The notes below the pieces were generated by a model. The model worked only from the letters and a program-made list of their open reading frames with translations. It did no database searches and had not been told where the DNA came from. Position numbers and translations under genes: made by a program. Positions 1 through 8,905 of a stretch of 64,000 nt of DNA are shown here, piece after piece. Numbering within the stretch: the first letter of the stretch is position 1; each line of letters begins with the position of its first letter. This stretch comes from an uncultured candidate division Zixibacteria bacterium (GTDB lineage: Bacteria > Zixibacteria > MSB-5A5 > GN15 > FEB-12). The stretch is from contig CAWDXE010000001.1 in NCBI GenBank assembly GCA_963806185.1, positions 928,001 through 992,000 on the forward strand. The letters are read 5' to 3'.

Positions 1-1928
1 TTTTCTTGACTGGACAATCGTCTTCGTATCGCTCGATCCTGATGATCCTCTCGGTGGAGGCCGGACGCAGGGTAATGCGGAGTGTGGCCGATTTTCTGGC
101 GGCGGGACGGTCGGCCGGGCGGTACGTGCTCTGTGTCGCCAGTGGCGCCGCCGGAATCGGCGCGATCACCGTGGTCGGCAATCTGGAGATGAATCTGATC
201 GCCGGTTTCTCCCTCACCTGGTGGGGAATGACCACGGCGCTGGTCGTGCTCATTATCACAGTGTCGGGCTGGGTCATCTATCGTTTCCGGGAGACGCGAT
301 CGCTGACACTGGCGCAGTATTTCGAGGTCCGCTACAGCCGAGAGTTCCGCATTTTCACCGGCATCATCGCCTTTCTGTCGGGCATCGTGAATTTCGGCAT
401 CTTCCCGGCGGTCGAGGCGAGATTTTTCATCTACTTCTGCGGCATACCGGAGAGCTTCTCGGTATTCGGGCTGAACGTCGCCACCTTCCCGGTCATGATG
501 CTATTCCTGCTGGGCATATCGCTCTACTTCGTGCTTGGCGGCGGGCAGGTGTCGGTGATCTACGCCGATTTCTTCCAGGGGATACTGGTGTACGGCGTGT
601 TCGTCATCCTGATCGTCTATTTCTTCTTCACCTTCGACTGGGGTCATATCGAGACAGACACTCATGCAGGCGCCGCAGAATGCGTCGCTGATAAATCCGT
701 TCAAGACCAGCCAGGTGGAGGATTTCAATTTCTGGTATTTCCTGGTGGGTATTGTCGGCGTGATTTACGGCACGATGTCCTGGCAGGGGACGCAGGCGTA
801 CAACTCGTCGGCCAAAAGCGCGCACGAGGCCAAGATGGCCAGCGTGCTGACCGCCTGGCGCAACCTGCCGATGAACATCATGTTCCTGTTCGTTCCGATT
901 ATTGCCTACACGGTGCTCAACCATCCCGACTTCTCCGGCATCGCCAATTCAGTCGGCGGGCACGCTGTCGAGGATCGACGGGAAGGCGGTGCAAAGTCAA
1001 TTGAAAGTACCGCTGGTGCTGACCCATATTCTCCCACGCGGATTGATCGGCGCCTTTGCGGCGATGATGCTGGCCGCCAGTATCAGCACGCTCGACGCCT
1101 ACATGCATTCGTGGGGAAGTATCATCGTGCAGGATGTCATTATCCCAATTCGCAGGAAGCCGTTCGAGCCGAAGCAGCATCTTCGCGTGCTGCGCTGGGC
1201 GATTACTCTTCGTCGGCGTGTTCGCTTTCTTCTTCAGCCTGATCTTCAAGCAAAGCGAATACATCTTTCTGTTCTTCGCCATCACCGGCGCCATTTTTGC
1301 CGGCGGTTCCGGAGCGGTGATTATCGGCGGTCTGTACTGGAAACGTGGCACCACGGCGGCGGCGTGGGCGGCGATGATCACCGGCTCGGGGATTGCCGTC
1401 GCGGGGATCATCATTCATCAGATCATTCCGGATTTCTTTATCAACGGTCAGTGGTTCTGGGGAATCAGCATGGCTGGGGCAACGATTGTGTACTGTTGTT
1501 CTCGCTGTTTGGCAAACGCGAGGACTTTGATCTCGATAAGCTGTTGCACCGGGGGAAGTATGCGATTGCCGGCGAGACGAGTGTGGTCGAAGCTGCACCC
1601 TCGAAAGGCTGGAAGATGCTCGGCATGGGCAAGGAGTTTACGCGCGGCGACAAGATCATTTACATCTGCAACTACGTCTGGACCGGCGCCTGGTTGCTCA
1701 TATTTGCGGTCGGCACGATTTACAATCTGACGCACGACGTCGACGATCTCGCCTGGTCACAGTTTCTGGCGAATCTATCTTGCGATTCACATTGTTCTAT
1801 CGGCTGTAATCATCATCTGGTTTGTCATTGGTGGTTTCCGCGATCTTCGCCGCATGAATCACAGCCTGAGTACCGCCACACGCGATCACCGGGACGATGG
1901 CTTTGTCACTCAGAAAGATCATTCGTGA
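1..1928 (+). CDS. Sodium:solute symporter (SSS) family transporter; 5'-partial and broken by about six single-base frameshifts
   Basis: Consecutive frames give FLDWTIVFVSL / ILMILSVEAGRRVMRSVADFLAAGR...TLAQYFEVRY / MQAPQNASLINPF / LPRGLIGAFAAMMLAASIST / GGLYWKRGTTAAAW / FDLDKLLHRGKY / WFVIGGFRDLRRM...RDDGFV, ending at TGA 1926-1928. Shifts lie near 35, 655, 955, 1205, 1495 and 1765. Confidence 0.85.
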
Positions 1929-4900
1929 ATCAGAAAGAAATCGCACTGAATATTCGGCGAATCGAGCAGTTCTATAATCGAATGTTGCCGCTGATTCTGG
2001 CGGAGACCGCGCCGCTCGAAGCGGTGTACGCCTGCACGGCCGAACCTGTTCCGTTTGCGGAGCGGCTAAAACTTGAGTACAAACCGATTCGACCCGGTGA
2101 GGTGTGGGGACATTTCTGGGAGAGCGGCTGGTTCCGATTGAATGGCACCGTGCCGAGTTCCTGGCGCGGCAAGCCGCTCGTGGCGCATCTCGATCTCGGC
2201 GGCGAGGCGTTGGTGTTTCGTCCCGACGGATTCATCATGCAAGGGGTCACCAACGGGTCAGTATTCGATACCGAATTTGGGCGCGACATTGTGCGGCTTT
2301 CTGATTCGTGCGCCGGTGGGGAGAAGATAGAACTCTGGGTCGAAGGGGCAGCCAATGCGCTGTTCGGGATGTTCTGCGATCTCGATCCCGGCCCGCAATC
2401 GACCAATCGGTACGGCTACTATGACGCCAAGGCCAATTCGCTCAAGCTGGCGGTGTTTGACACCGAAATGTGGCAGCTGACTCTTGACCTCAAAGTTCTT
2501 ATCGGCCTGATCAAGACCTTGCCGGAAGCAAGTGTGCGCCGGGCGAGAATCATTCGAGCTGCATGCGAGGCGATCAATGCGTACGCCAAGAGCAATGGTG
2601 ATGCGGCCGCCTGCCGGGCATTGCTCAAGAAGGAACTGACGAAGCCGGCGGAGGCATCATCACTCTCGGTATTGGCAGTCGGCCATGCACATATCGATAC
2701 CGCCTGGCTGTGGCCGGTCCGGGAGTCGATTCGCAAGTGCGCCCGAACCTTCTCCACCCAGCTCGATTTGATTGACCGGTATCCTGATTACGTCTTCGGC
2801 GCGTCGCAGGCTCAGCATTATGCCTTCGTGAAGCAATATTATCCCGGTTTGTATGATCGGATCAAGGCTGCCGTCAAGGCCGGACGATGGGAGATACAGG
2901 GAGGCATGTGGGTGGAGGCGGACTGCAATGTTACCAGCGGCGAGTCGCTGGTGCGGCAGATTCTCCACGGCAAGAACTTCTTTCGCGATGAATTTGGCGT
3001 TGATGTGGACAATCTCTGGCTGCCTGATGTCTTCGGGTACTCGGCCGCGCTGCCGCAGATACTGCAAAAGAGCGGCATACGGTATTTTCTGACCCAGAAG
3101 TTATCCTGGAGCCAGTTCAATGACTTTCCTCATCATACATTTCATTGGGAGGGGATTGACGGTACGCGCGTGTTGACGCATTTCCCTCCGGAAGACACCT
3201 ACAACAGTCAGTTGTGGCCGGAATCGCTAGTGCCGGCGCAGGCACGCTTTCATGAACGAGACTACATCGACGAATTTATTTCCTTATTTGGCGTTGGCGA
3301 CGGCGGCGGCGGACCCAAGGCTGAACATATCGAAATCGGACGCCGTCAGGCGAATCTCGAGGGTGCGCCGCGCGTTAGATTCGGCACGGCGAAGGAATTC
3401 TTCCACAATCTCGACCAACACAAAGACAAACTGCCCACATGGGTAGGCGAATTATATTTGGAGCTTCATCGCGGTACGCTCACTACGCAGGCGTTTGTGA
3501 AGTGGGCCAATCGCCGATTCGAACAGAAGCTGAGAGTAGTTGAAATGCTCTGGTCATGCTTGCCGTACGACAAGTACCCTCAGAGTGAAATTGACAGCGT
3601 ATGGAAACTTCTTCTGTTGAATCAATTCCACGACATCATTCCGGGGTCGAGTATTTCTCAGGTCTACCGACTGGCGCGAACTCAATACCTGGCGGAGCTG
3701 AAGAAGTGTGATGAGCTCGTTCTGCGGGCGGCGGGGCAGATGTTCAAACGCGAAGCTGACGCCGTGACACTTTTCAATCCACATCATCACCCATATGTTG
3801 AACCAGTCCGCCTGCCGGACGCCTGGCAAGGAAGTTCTGTGATCGGCCAAGCAGGCAGGCCTCTCCCCTGCCAGAACGAATCAGGGCAGGTCGTGGCTCT
3901 GGTCGATATCCCCCCATACTCCTTTGTCACTCTGCGCAAGGGGGCCCCAGTGGCGACGCCACACGAGCAGCCATCGCTGGTGCTCGAAAACGACCGGGTC
4001 AGATATGAATTCAGTGATCAGGGAACGTTATTGTGCTGCTTCGATAAGGATGCGCAGATTGAAATCGTCGCGCCCGATAAACCGGGAAATCTCCTAACGC
4101 TTTATGATGATCATCCGAATGACTGGGATGCCTGGGATGTCGATGCCTTCTATCGGGAAACACCGATTGAGAACGCGCGGATCACATCAGTTGAATACTT
4201 GTCAGCCGGAGAGGTGCGTCAGGGGGTCAAGTTCAGTTTTGCGATCGGTCAATCGACGATCGAGCAGCGGGTATACCTGGGGGCAAAATCGAAGCGCCTC
4301 GACTTCGAGACGACAGTTGACTGGCGGGAGAAACATCGCATGCTGCGCGTGGCGTTTCCCGTGACGGTGCGCGCCGAACAGGCAACGTTTGATATTCAAT
4401 ACGGTTACCTGAAGCGAGCCACACACGAAAACACGTCGTGGGAGAAAGCCAAATTCGAGGTACCGGCCCATCGGTACGCCGATCTTTCGATCGCCGATCA
4501 TGGGGTCGCCTTGCTGAACGACAGCAAGTACGGGTACAAAGTCGAAAACGGCTTGCTTGATCTGAATCTTCTCCGTTCACCCAATTACCCCGACCCTGAC
4601 GCCGATCAAGGTGAGCATCACTTTGTCTACAGCCTGCTGCCGCACACCGGCGACCTGATCCATTCCGATGTGATGGCGGAGGCGGCCAAGGTGAACCAGC
4701 CGGTCGTGATCGTTGACGGGTATGCGGCAGAATCAAACACGACGCCGGTACGCCTGACGGGGCACGGACTCTCGATGGAAGTTCTCAAAAAGGCGGAGAG
4801 AGAATCGTGTTGGATCGTGCGCGTGGTCGAGACGCTGGGCTGTACCTCCCACGGTACGATCGATATCGCCATCAATGGCGCAACGCTTCAGGAGACCGAT

Positions 4901-5011
4901 CTCATGGAATGGACCGACGGAACGACGACGCCAGTCACCGGTCCGATGGCGCTGGTCCTAAGACCGTTCGAGATTCGCACTTACAGGATACGGACAGGAG
5001 TAGCCAAGTGA
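1925..5011 (+). CDS. Alpha-mannosidase, glycoside hydrolase family 38
   Basis: Motifs GHAHIDTAWLWP, WLPDVFGYS, GVGDGGGGP, ELYLELHRGT and NQFHDIIPGS. The GTG start overlaps the upstream stop (GTGA). No signal peptide. The ORF-track start at 902 is an artefact of the frameshifted symporter. Confidence 0.95.
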   Translation: MNQKEIALNIRRIEQFYNRMLPLILAETAPLEAVYACTAEPVPFAERLKLEYKPIRPGEVWGHFWESGWFRLNGTVPSSWRGKPLVAHLDLGGEALVFRPDGFIMQGVTNGSVFDTEFGRDIVRLSDSCAGGEKIELWVEGAANALFGMFCDLDPGPQSTNRYGYYDAKANSLKLAVFDTEMWQLTLDLKVLIGLIKTLPEASVRRARIIRAACEAINAYAKSNGDAAACRALLKKELTKPAEASSLSVLAVGHAHIDTAWLWPVRESIRKCARTFSTQLDLIDRYPDYVFGASQAQHYAFVKQYYPGLYDRIKAAVKAGRWEIQGGMWVEADCNVTSGESLVRQILHGKNFFRDEFGVDVDNLWLPDVFGYSAALPQILQKSGIRYFLTQKLSWSQFNDFPHHTFHWEGIDGTRVLTHFPPEDTYNSQLWPESLVPAQARFHERDYIDEFISLFGVGDGGGGPKAEHIEIGRRQANLEGAPRVRFGTAKEFFHNLDQHKDKLPTWVGELYLELHRGTLTTQAFVKWANRRFEQKLRVVEMLWSCLPYDKYPQSEIDSVWKLLLLNQFHDIIPGSSISQVYRLARTQYLAELKKCDELVLRAAGQMFKREADAVTLFNPHHHPYVEPVRLPDAWQGSSVIGQAGRPLPCQNESGQVVALVDIPPYSFVTLRKGAPVATPHEQPSLVLENDRVRYEFSDQGTLLCCFDKDAQIEIVAPDKPGNLLTLYDDHPNDWDAWDVDAFYRETPIENARITSVEYLSAGEVRQGVKFSFAIGQSTIEQRVYLGAKSKRLDFETTVDWREKHRMLRVAFPVTVRAEQATFDIQYGYLKRATHENTSWEKAKFEVPAHRYADLSIADHGVALLNDSKYGYKVENGLLDLNLLRSPNYPDPDADQGEHHFVYSLLPHTGDLIHSDVMAEAAKVNQPVVIVDGYAAESNTTPVRLTGHGLSMEVLKKAERESCWIVRVVETLGCTSHGTIDIAINGATLQETDLMEWTDGTTTPVTGPMALVLRPFEIRTYRIRTGVAK

Positions 5012-6024
5012 CACGGATCGGCCTGCTCTTTTGGCTTTCGGTAGCTGTGATTGTCAATTGCTGCTTTGCCTACTCAGCAGCGGGGCAGGCGTCAGGCCGG
5101 CTGACGCAGACAGTGATCGTCTTCGACTCCAATATGATTCACTTTGCCCCTGAAGACTCCACCCGGTACGACACCGATACAGTGAAGTCGTCGGATCGAG
5201 GGCGAGTCATCAACCGGACGGTGACACTTCCCCACTTTGCGACGCCGGTACGGGTCGCCGGGCACTTGATCATCAGGCCGACCCCAAAAGACGAGTTGGA
5301 GATGTACGACCGGTGGGACCGGGCCGGCAATGTGCGTCTGGCGGTAGAAGGCGGTCCCGATCTGGAACTCATCAAGTTCATGACCGCGTACGGCGGACGG
5401 ACTGAATACGATGTGGATCTCTCACCTCTTGCTGCGCTTTTGCAGGGTGAATGCAACATCAGGGCGTTTATTGACACGTGGGTGACGCCGGCCTGGACGA
5501 TTGATTTCTCACTGACGTATGCAAGTGATTCGACCGCGAACAATGCCGATTGGGTAACGAGTGTGCTGTTTGAAGAATCGTACACGCGTGAGTCGCCGGG
5601 GGACTTGGGAAAGGAAGTTCCAGTCGAGGTACCGGCTGAACTTCGGCGAGTTGTGCTTCGCTATTATGTCAGCGGGCATTGCACTGACGGTACGGGGGCG
5701 GATGAATTCGAGCGGAAAGATAATGTCATCTCCGTCGACGGCGTGGTGGTGTATCGGTTTCAACCATGGCGTGACGACTGCAGGCAGTTTCGGGCAATCA
5801 ATCCGTATTGTCGTCGCTGGACCGACGGCTCCTGGTCGTGTGACTACAGTCGAAGCGGCTGGTGTCCCGGGGACCTGGTCAAGCCGGTGGAGCTTGATTT
5901 GACTGACCATCTGACACCGGGCCGGCACACGATTCACTTGGTAGTTGAGAACGTCCGCCCAACGGATGACAAGGGGAATTTCGGGTACTGGCGTAATTCA
6001 ATCCAGCTACTGGGATACAAATAG
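5008..6024 (+). CDS. Peptide:N-glycosidase F (PNGase F)-like amidase, secreted
   Basis: Signal peptide, then motifs DRWDRAGNV, ELIKFMTAYG, FIDTW, GH...DEF, WRDDC...NP and SRSGWCPG. GTG start with AGGAG RBS overlaps the GH38 stop. Confidence 0.85.
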   Translation: MTRIGLLFWLSVAVIVNCCFAYSAAGQASGRLTQTVIVFDSNMIHFAPEDSTRYDTDTVKSSDRGRVINRTVTLPHFATPVRVAGHLIIRPTPKDELEMYDRWDRAGNVRLAVEGGPDLELIKFMTAYGGRTEYDVDLSPLAALLQGECNIRAFIDTWVTPAWTIDFSLTYASDSTANNADWVTSVLFEESYTRESPGDLGKEVPVEVPAELRRVVLRYYVSGHCTDGTGADEFERKDNVISVDGVVVYRFQPWRDDCRQFRAINPYCRRWTDGSWSCDYSRSGWCPGDLVKPVELDLTDHLTPGRHTIHLVVENVRPTDDKGNFGYWRNSIQLLGYK

Positions 6025-6030
6025 AAGCCA

Positions 6031-7536
6031 ATGAACTACAGCATTGCTCTCATACCGCAACCGGTGGAGTTGCGTACCACCGACCAGAAGTTGCAGCTGG
6101 CCGACCGGGCGCCGCTTTATGTTATGGGCGGCCCTCATGCAGATGACATGGCTGAGTACTTGTGCGACGAATTGGCGCACTATGGCCTGAGCTTGCTGCC
6201 GCGAGAAGATTCGATCGATGGACCAGGCGTGTCGATATCGCTCGTCGATGAGGAATCGCTGGTCGAGAACGGCGCCTATCGCCTCTGGGTCGGCGAGGAG
6301 GGTGCGACCATTGTGGCGGGGACAGCGGCCGGAATATTCTACGGGATACAGACATTTCTCCAGTTGCTACCGGTCTCCGGAAGCCACTCTGGCACTGCCA
6401 CTATTCCAGGCGTTGAGATTGTCGATTTTCCGCGGTATCGCTGGCGCGGCATGCATCTTGATGTCAGCAGACATTTCTTCCCCGTCGCCTTCGTGAAACG
6501 ATACATCGATCTCCTCGCCCGTCACAAGATGAACGTGTTTCACTGGCACCTTACTGACGATCAGGGGTGGCGGATCGAGATCGAGAAATATCCCCGACTC
6601 ACTTCCGTCGGAGCCTGGCGCAAGGAAGCGGACGGTACGATATGCGGTGGTTTCTACACGCAGGAAGAGGTACGCGACGTGGTGGCGTACGCCGCACGTC
6701 GAGCCGTAATGATTGTACCTGAAATTGAGATGCCCGGCCACGCGCGAGCGGCGCTGGCGGCCTATCCGGAATTCTCCTGCACCGGCGGCCCACATCACGT
6801 GGCAACTGAGTGGGGGGTGTTTGATGACGTGTTTTGTGCCGGGAATGAACGCACCTATCTCTTTCTTCGAGATATTCTCTCCGAAGTGGCGGCATTGTTT
6901 CCCGGGCCGTACATACATATCGGCGGTGACGAATGCCCGCACGTCCGATGGCAGGGACACAGCCTATGCGCTGAATTTGCGAGTATCCTCAGGCTGGCCA
7001 GTGTGGACGAATTGCAGAGCACATTCATCGCACGCCTCGCTCGGGACCTACTGCATCTGAACAAGCAACTGATCGGCTGGGACGAGATTCTCGATGGTGG
7101 TGCGCCGGAGGGTGCTACCGTGATGGCATGGCGGGGTGCAGAAAAAGGGGTGGTTGCCGCGGCGCTGGGGCACGACGTTGTCATGACACCGATGTCACAC
7201 TGTTATTTCGATCATTATCAGGGAAAAGAGAATGAGCCGAAGGCGATCGGCGGCTTTACTCCGCTGGAGAAGGTGTATGCCTTTGAGCCAATGCCGAAGG
7301 GACTGGTCCCGGAACTGCAGCCTCGCATACTCGGCGCTCAGGGAAATGTCTGGACGGAGTATATGAACGATGAGCTTCATGTCGAGTACATGGTCTTTCC
7401 CCGCCTCTGCGCGCTCGCGGAAGTGCTGTGGTCGCCGGAAGACGGGCGAGTATACGAGCAATTCCATCGGCGCCTGGGAGTACATCTAAAGCGACTGGAT
7501 CGGCTGGGTGTGCATTACCGGCCGTTGGATCACTGA
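6031..7536 (+). CDS. Beta-N-acetylhexosaminidase, GH20
   Basis: Motifs DFPRYRWRGMHLDVSRHF, HWHLTDDQGWR, PEIEMPGH, catalytic HIGGDE and WTEY. No signal peptide. Confidence 0.95.
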   Translation: MNYSIALIPQPVELRTTDQKLQLADRAPLYVMGGPHADDMAEYLCDELAHYGLSLLPREDSIDGPGVSISLVDEESLVENGAYRLWVGEEGATIVAGTAAGIFYGIQTFLQLLPVSGSHSGTATIPGVEIVDFPRYRWRGMHLDVSRHFFPVAFVKRYIDLLARHKMNVFHWHLTDDQGWRIEIEKYPRLTSVGAWRKEADGTICGGFYTQEEVRDVVAYAARRAVMIVPEIEMPGHARAALAAYPEFSCTGGPHHVATEWGVFDDVFCAGNERTYLFLRDILSEVAALFPGPYIHIGGDECPHVRWQGHSLCAEFASILRLASVDELQSTFIARLARDLLHLNKQLIGWDEILDGGAPEGATVMAWRGAEKGVVAAALGHDVVMTPMSHCYFDHYQGKENEPKAIGGFTPLEKVYAFEPMPKGLVPELQPRILGAQGNVWTEYMNDELHVEYMVFPRLCALAEVLWSPEDGRVYEQFHRRLGVHLKRLDRLGVHYRPLDH

Positions 7537-7599
7537 TTGCCGAACCGGCACAATTGCCCTATCTTCCACTATCAGCCGCCAGAAAGAGAGATTGCCTTT

Positions 7600-8850
7600 A
7601 TGCTGCTAGATTTCAGCAAAGCCTTGGCATGCGCGTTTTTGGTGATGGCCATTGGAGTGCCCTCGCCGTCTCATGCCGAGTCAGATGTTGCGAACAGTCA
7701 CGAGGAAGATTTCATCGATGCACCATCCGTGGTGTGGAAATTTGCGGCCGGTGCGCCCATTTTTTCCTCCCCGGTAATCAGTGATTCGCTCGTGTTTTTT
7801 GGCACGCTCAACGGCAATCTTCATGCCATCGAAATACGGACCGGCAGATTGACCTGGACCTATGCGACCAAAGGAGAGATTCGGTCAACGGTCTGTCTGA
7901 GCGGCGATACGCTCTATCTGATAAGTGGTGATGGGATGCTGCATGCAATTGACAGAAATTCCGGAAATTCGCTATGGCATTTTGCCACCAAAGGCGAAAA
8001 GAAGCAGGATTTTGCGGATTACTACCAATCATCGCCGGTGGTATTTGATGGTATCGTGTATTTCGGGTCGGGCGACGGCGGCGTATACGCCGTTAGAGCT
8101 TCTGATGGCAGCGAGGTCTGGCACTTTGCAACCGAGGGTGTAGTTCATGCGACACCTGCGGTGGTTAGCGATCGGGTGTTCGTGGGATCATTCGACGGGT
8201 ACTTCTATTCGCTGGACCGGACCACGGGAGAATTGATCTGGAAATTCAAGTCCGTTGGCCATCGCTACTTTCCCAGGGGAGCGTTTTCCGGTGCACCGGT
8301 AGTCGCCGACGGAGTAGTGATTGTCGGCGCTCGAGATTATAACCTCTATGCGCTTGATCGGGACTCCGGACATTGCCTTTGGAACAAGGCCTATTCTCGC
8401 GGCTGGGCGTTACCGAATACGGTCAGAGACAGCATTCTCTACACTGGCACGTCGGATGACCGGATACTGGTCGCATCGGACCTGGCCACGGGTCGCGAAT
8501 ACTGGCGCACAAATCTTGGTTTCAATATCTTCGGCGGTATGGCGATGAGCCGGTCGATGGGTTACGTGGGTACGCTCATGGGAAAGTTGCACGCGGTAGA
8601 CCTGAACACGGGCAGGATCGTCTGGACAGTGGCCATGGACGGGTATCAGAAGAATCATCTCAAGTATTTCAAGCCGGACGATTCATTTCGGGATGACATA
8701 TTCGAGATCGTCAAGTCGGATGAGGCGTTTATCGACGTCGAATACGATCTCGGAGCGATCTACTCGACACCGCTCATAACCGGAGACCTACTCATCGTGA
8801 CAAGCACTGACGGCAATGTGTACTGCTATCGCCGGCAGCAATCAGAATGA
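7600..8850 (+). CDS. PQQ-binding-like (BamB-type) beta-propeller repeat protein, secreted
   Basis: Signal peptide plus repeated SSPVV...VYFGS.DG..YA.D...G...W.F blades. Confidence 0.85.
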   Translation: MLLDFSKALACAFLVMAIGVPSPSHAESDVANSHEEDFIDAPSVVWKFAAGAPIFSSPVISDSLVFFGTLNGNLHAIEIRTGRLTWTYATKGEIRSTVCLSGDTLYLISGDGMLHAIDRNSGNSLWHFATKGEKKQDFADYYQSSPVVFDGIVYFGSGDGGVYAVRASDGSEVWHFATEGVVHATPAVVSDRVFVGSFDGYFYSLDRTTGELIWKFKSVGHRYFPRGAFSGAPVVADGVVIVGARDYNLYALDRDSGHCLWNKAYSRGWALPNTVRDSILYTGTSDDRILVASDLATGREYWRTNLGFNIFGGMAMSRSMGYVGTLMGKLHAVDLNTGRIVWTVAMDGYQKNHLKYFKPDDSFRDDIFEIVKSDEAFIDVEYDLGAIYSTPLITGDLLIVTSTDGNVYCYRRQQSE

Positions 8851-8905
8851 GGGGATCGTTCGACACCTTGGGATACCGGATCTGAGGCAGGATCGGCGAC
8901 CGATT

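Noticed and set aside
902..5011. Apparent 1369-aa transporter-mannosidase fusion
   Set aside because: The N-terminal part is a patchwork of frameshifted symporter segments. The symporter has its own stop at 1928, overlapping the GH38 GTG.
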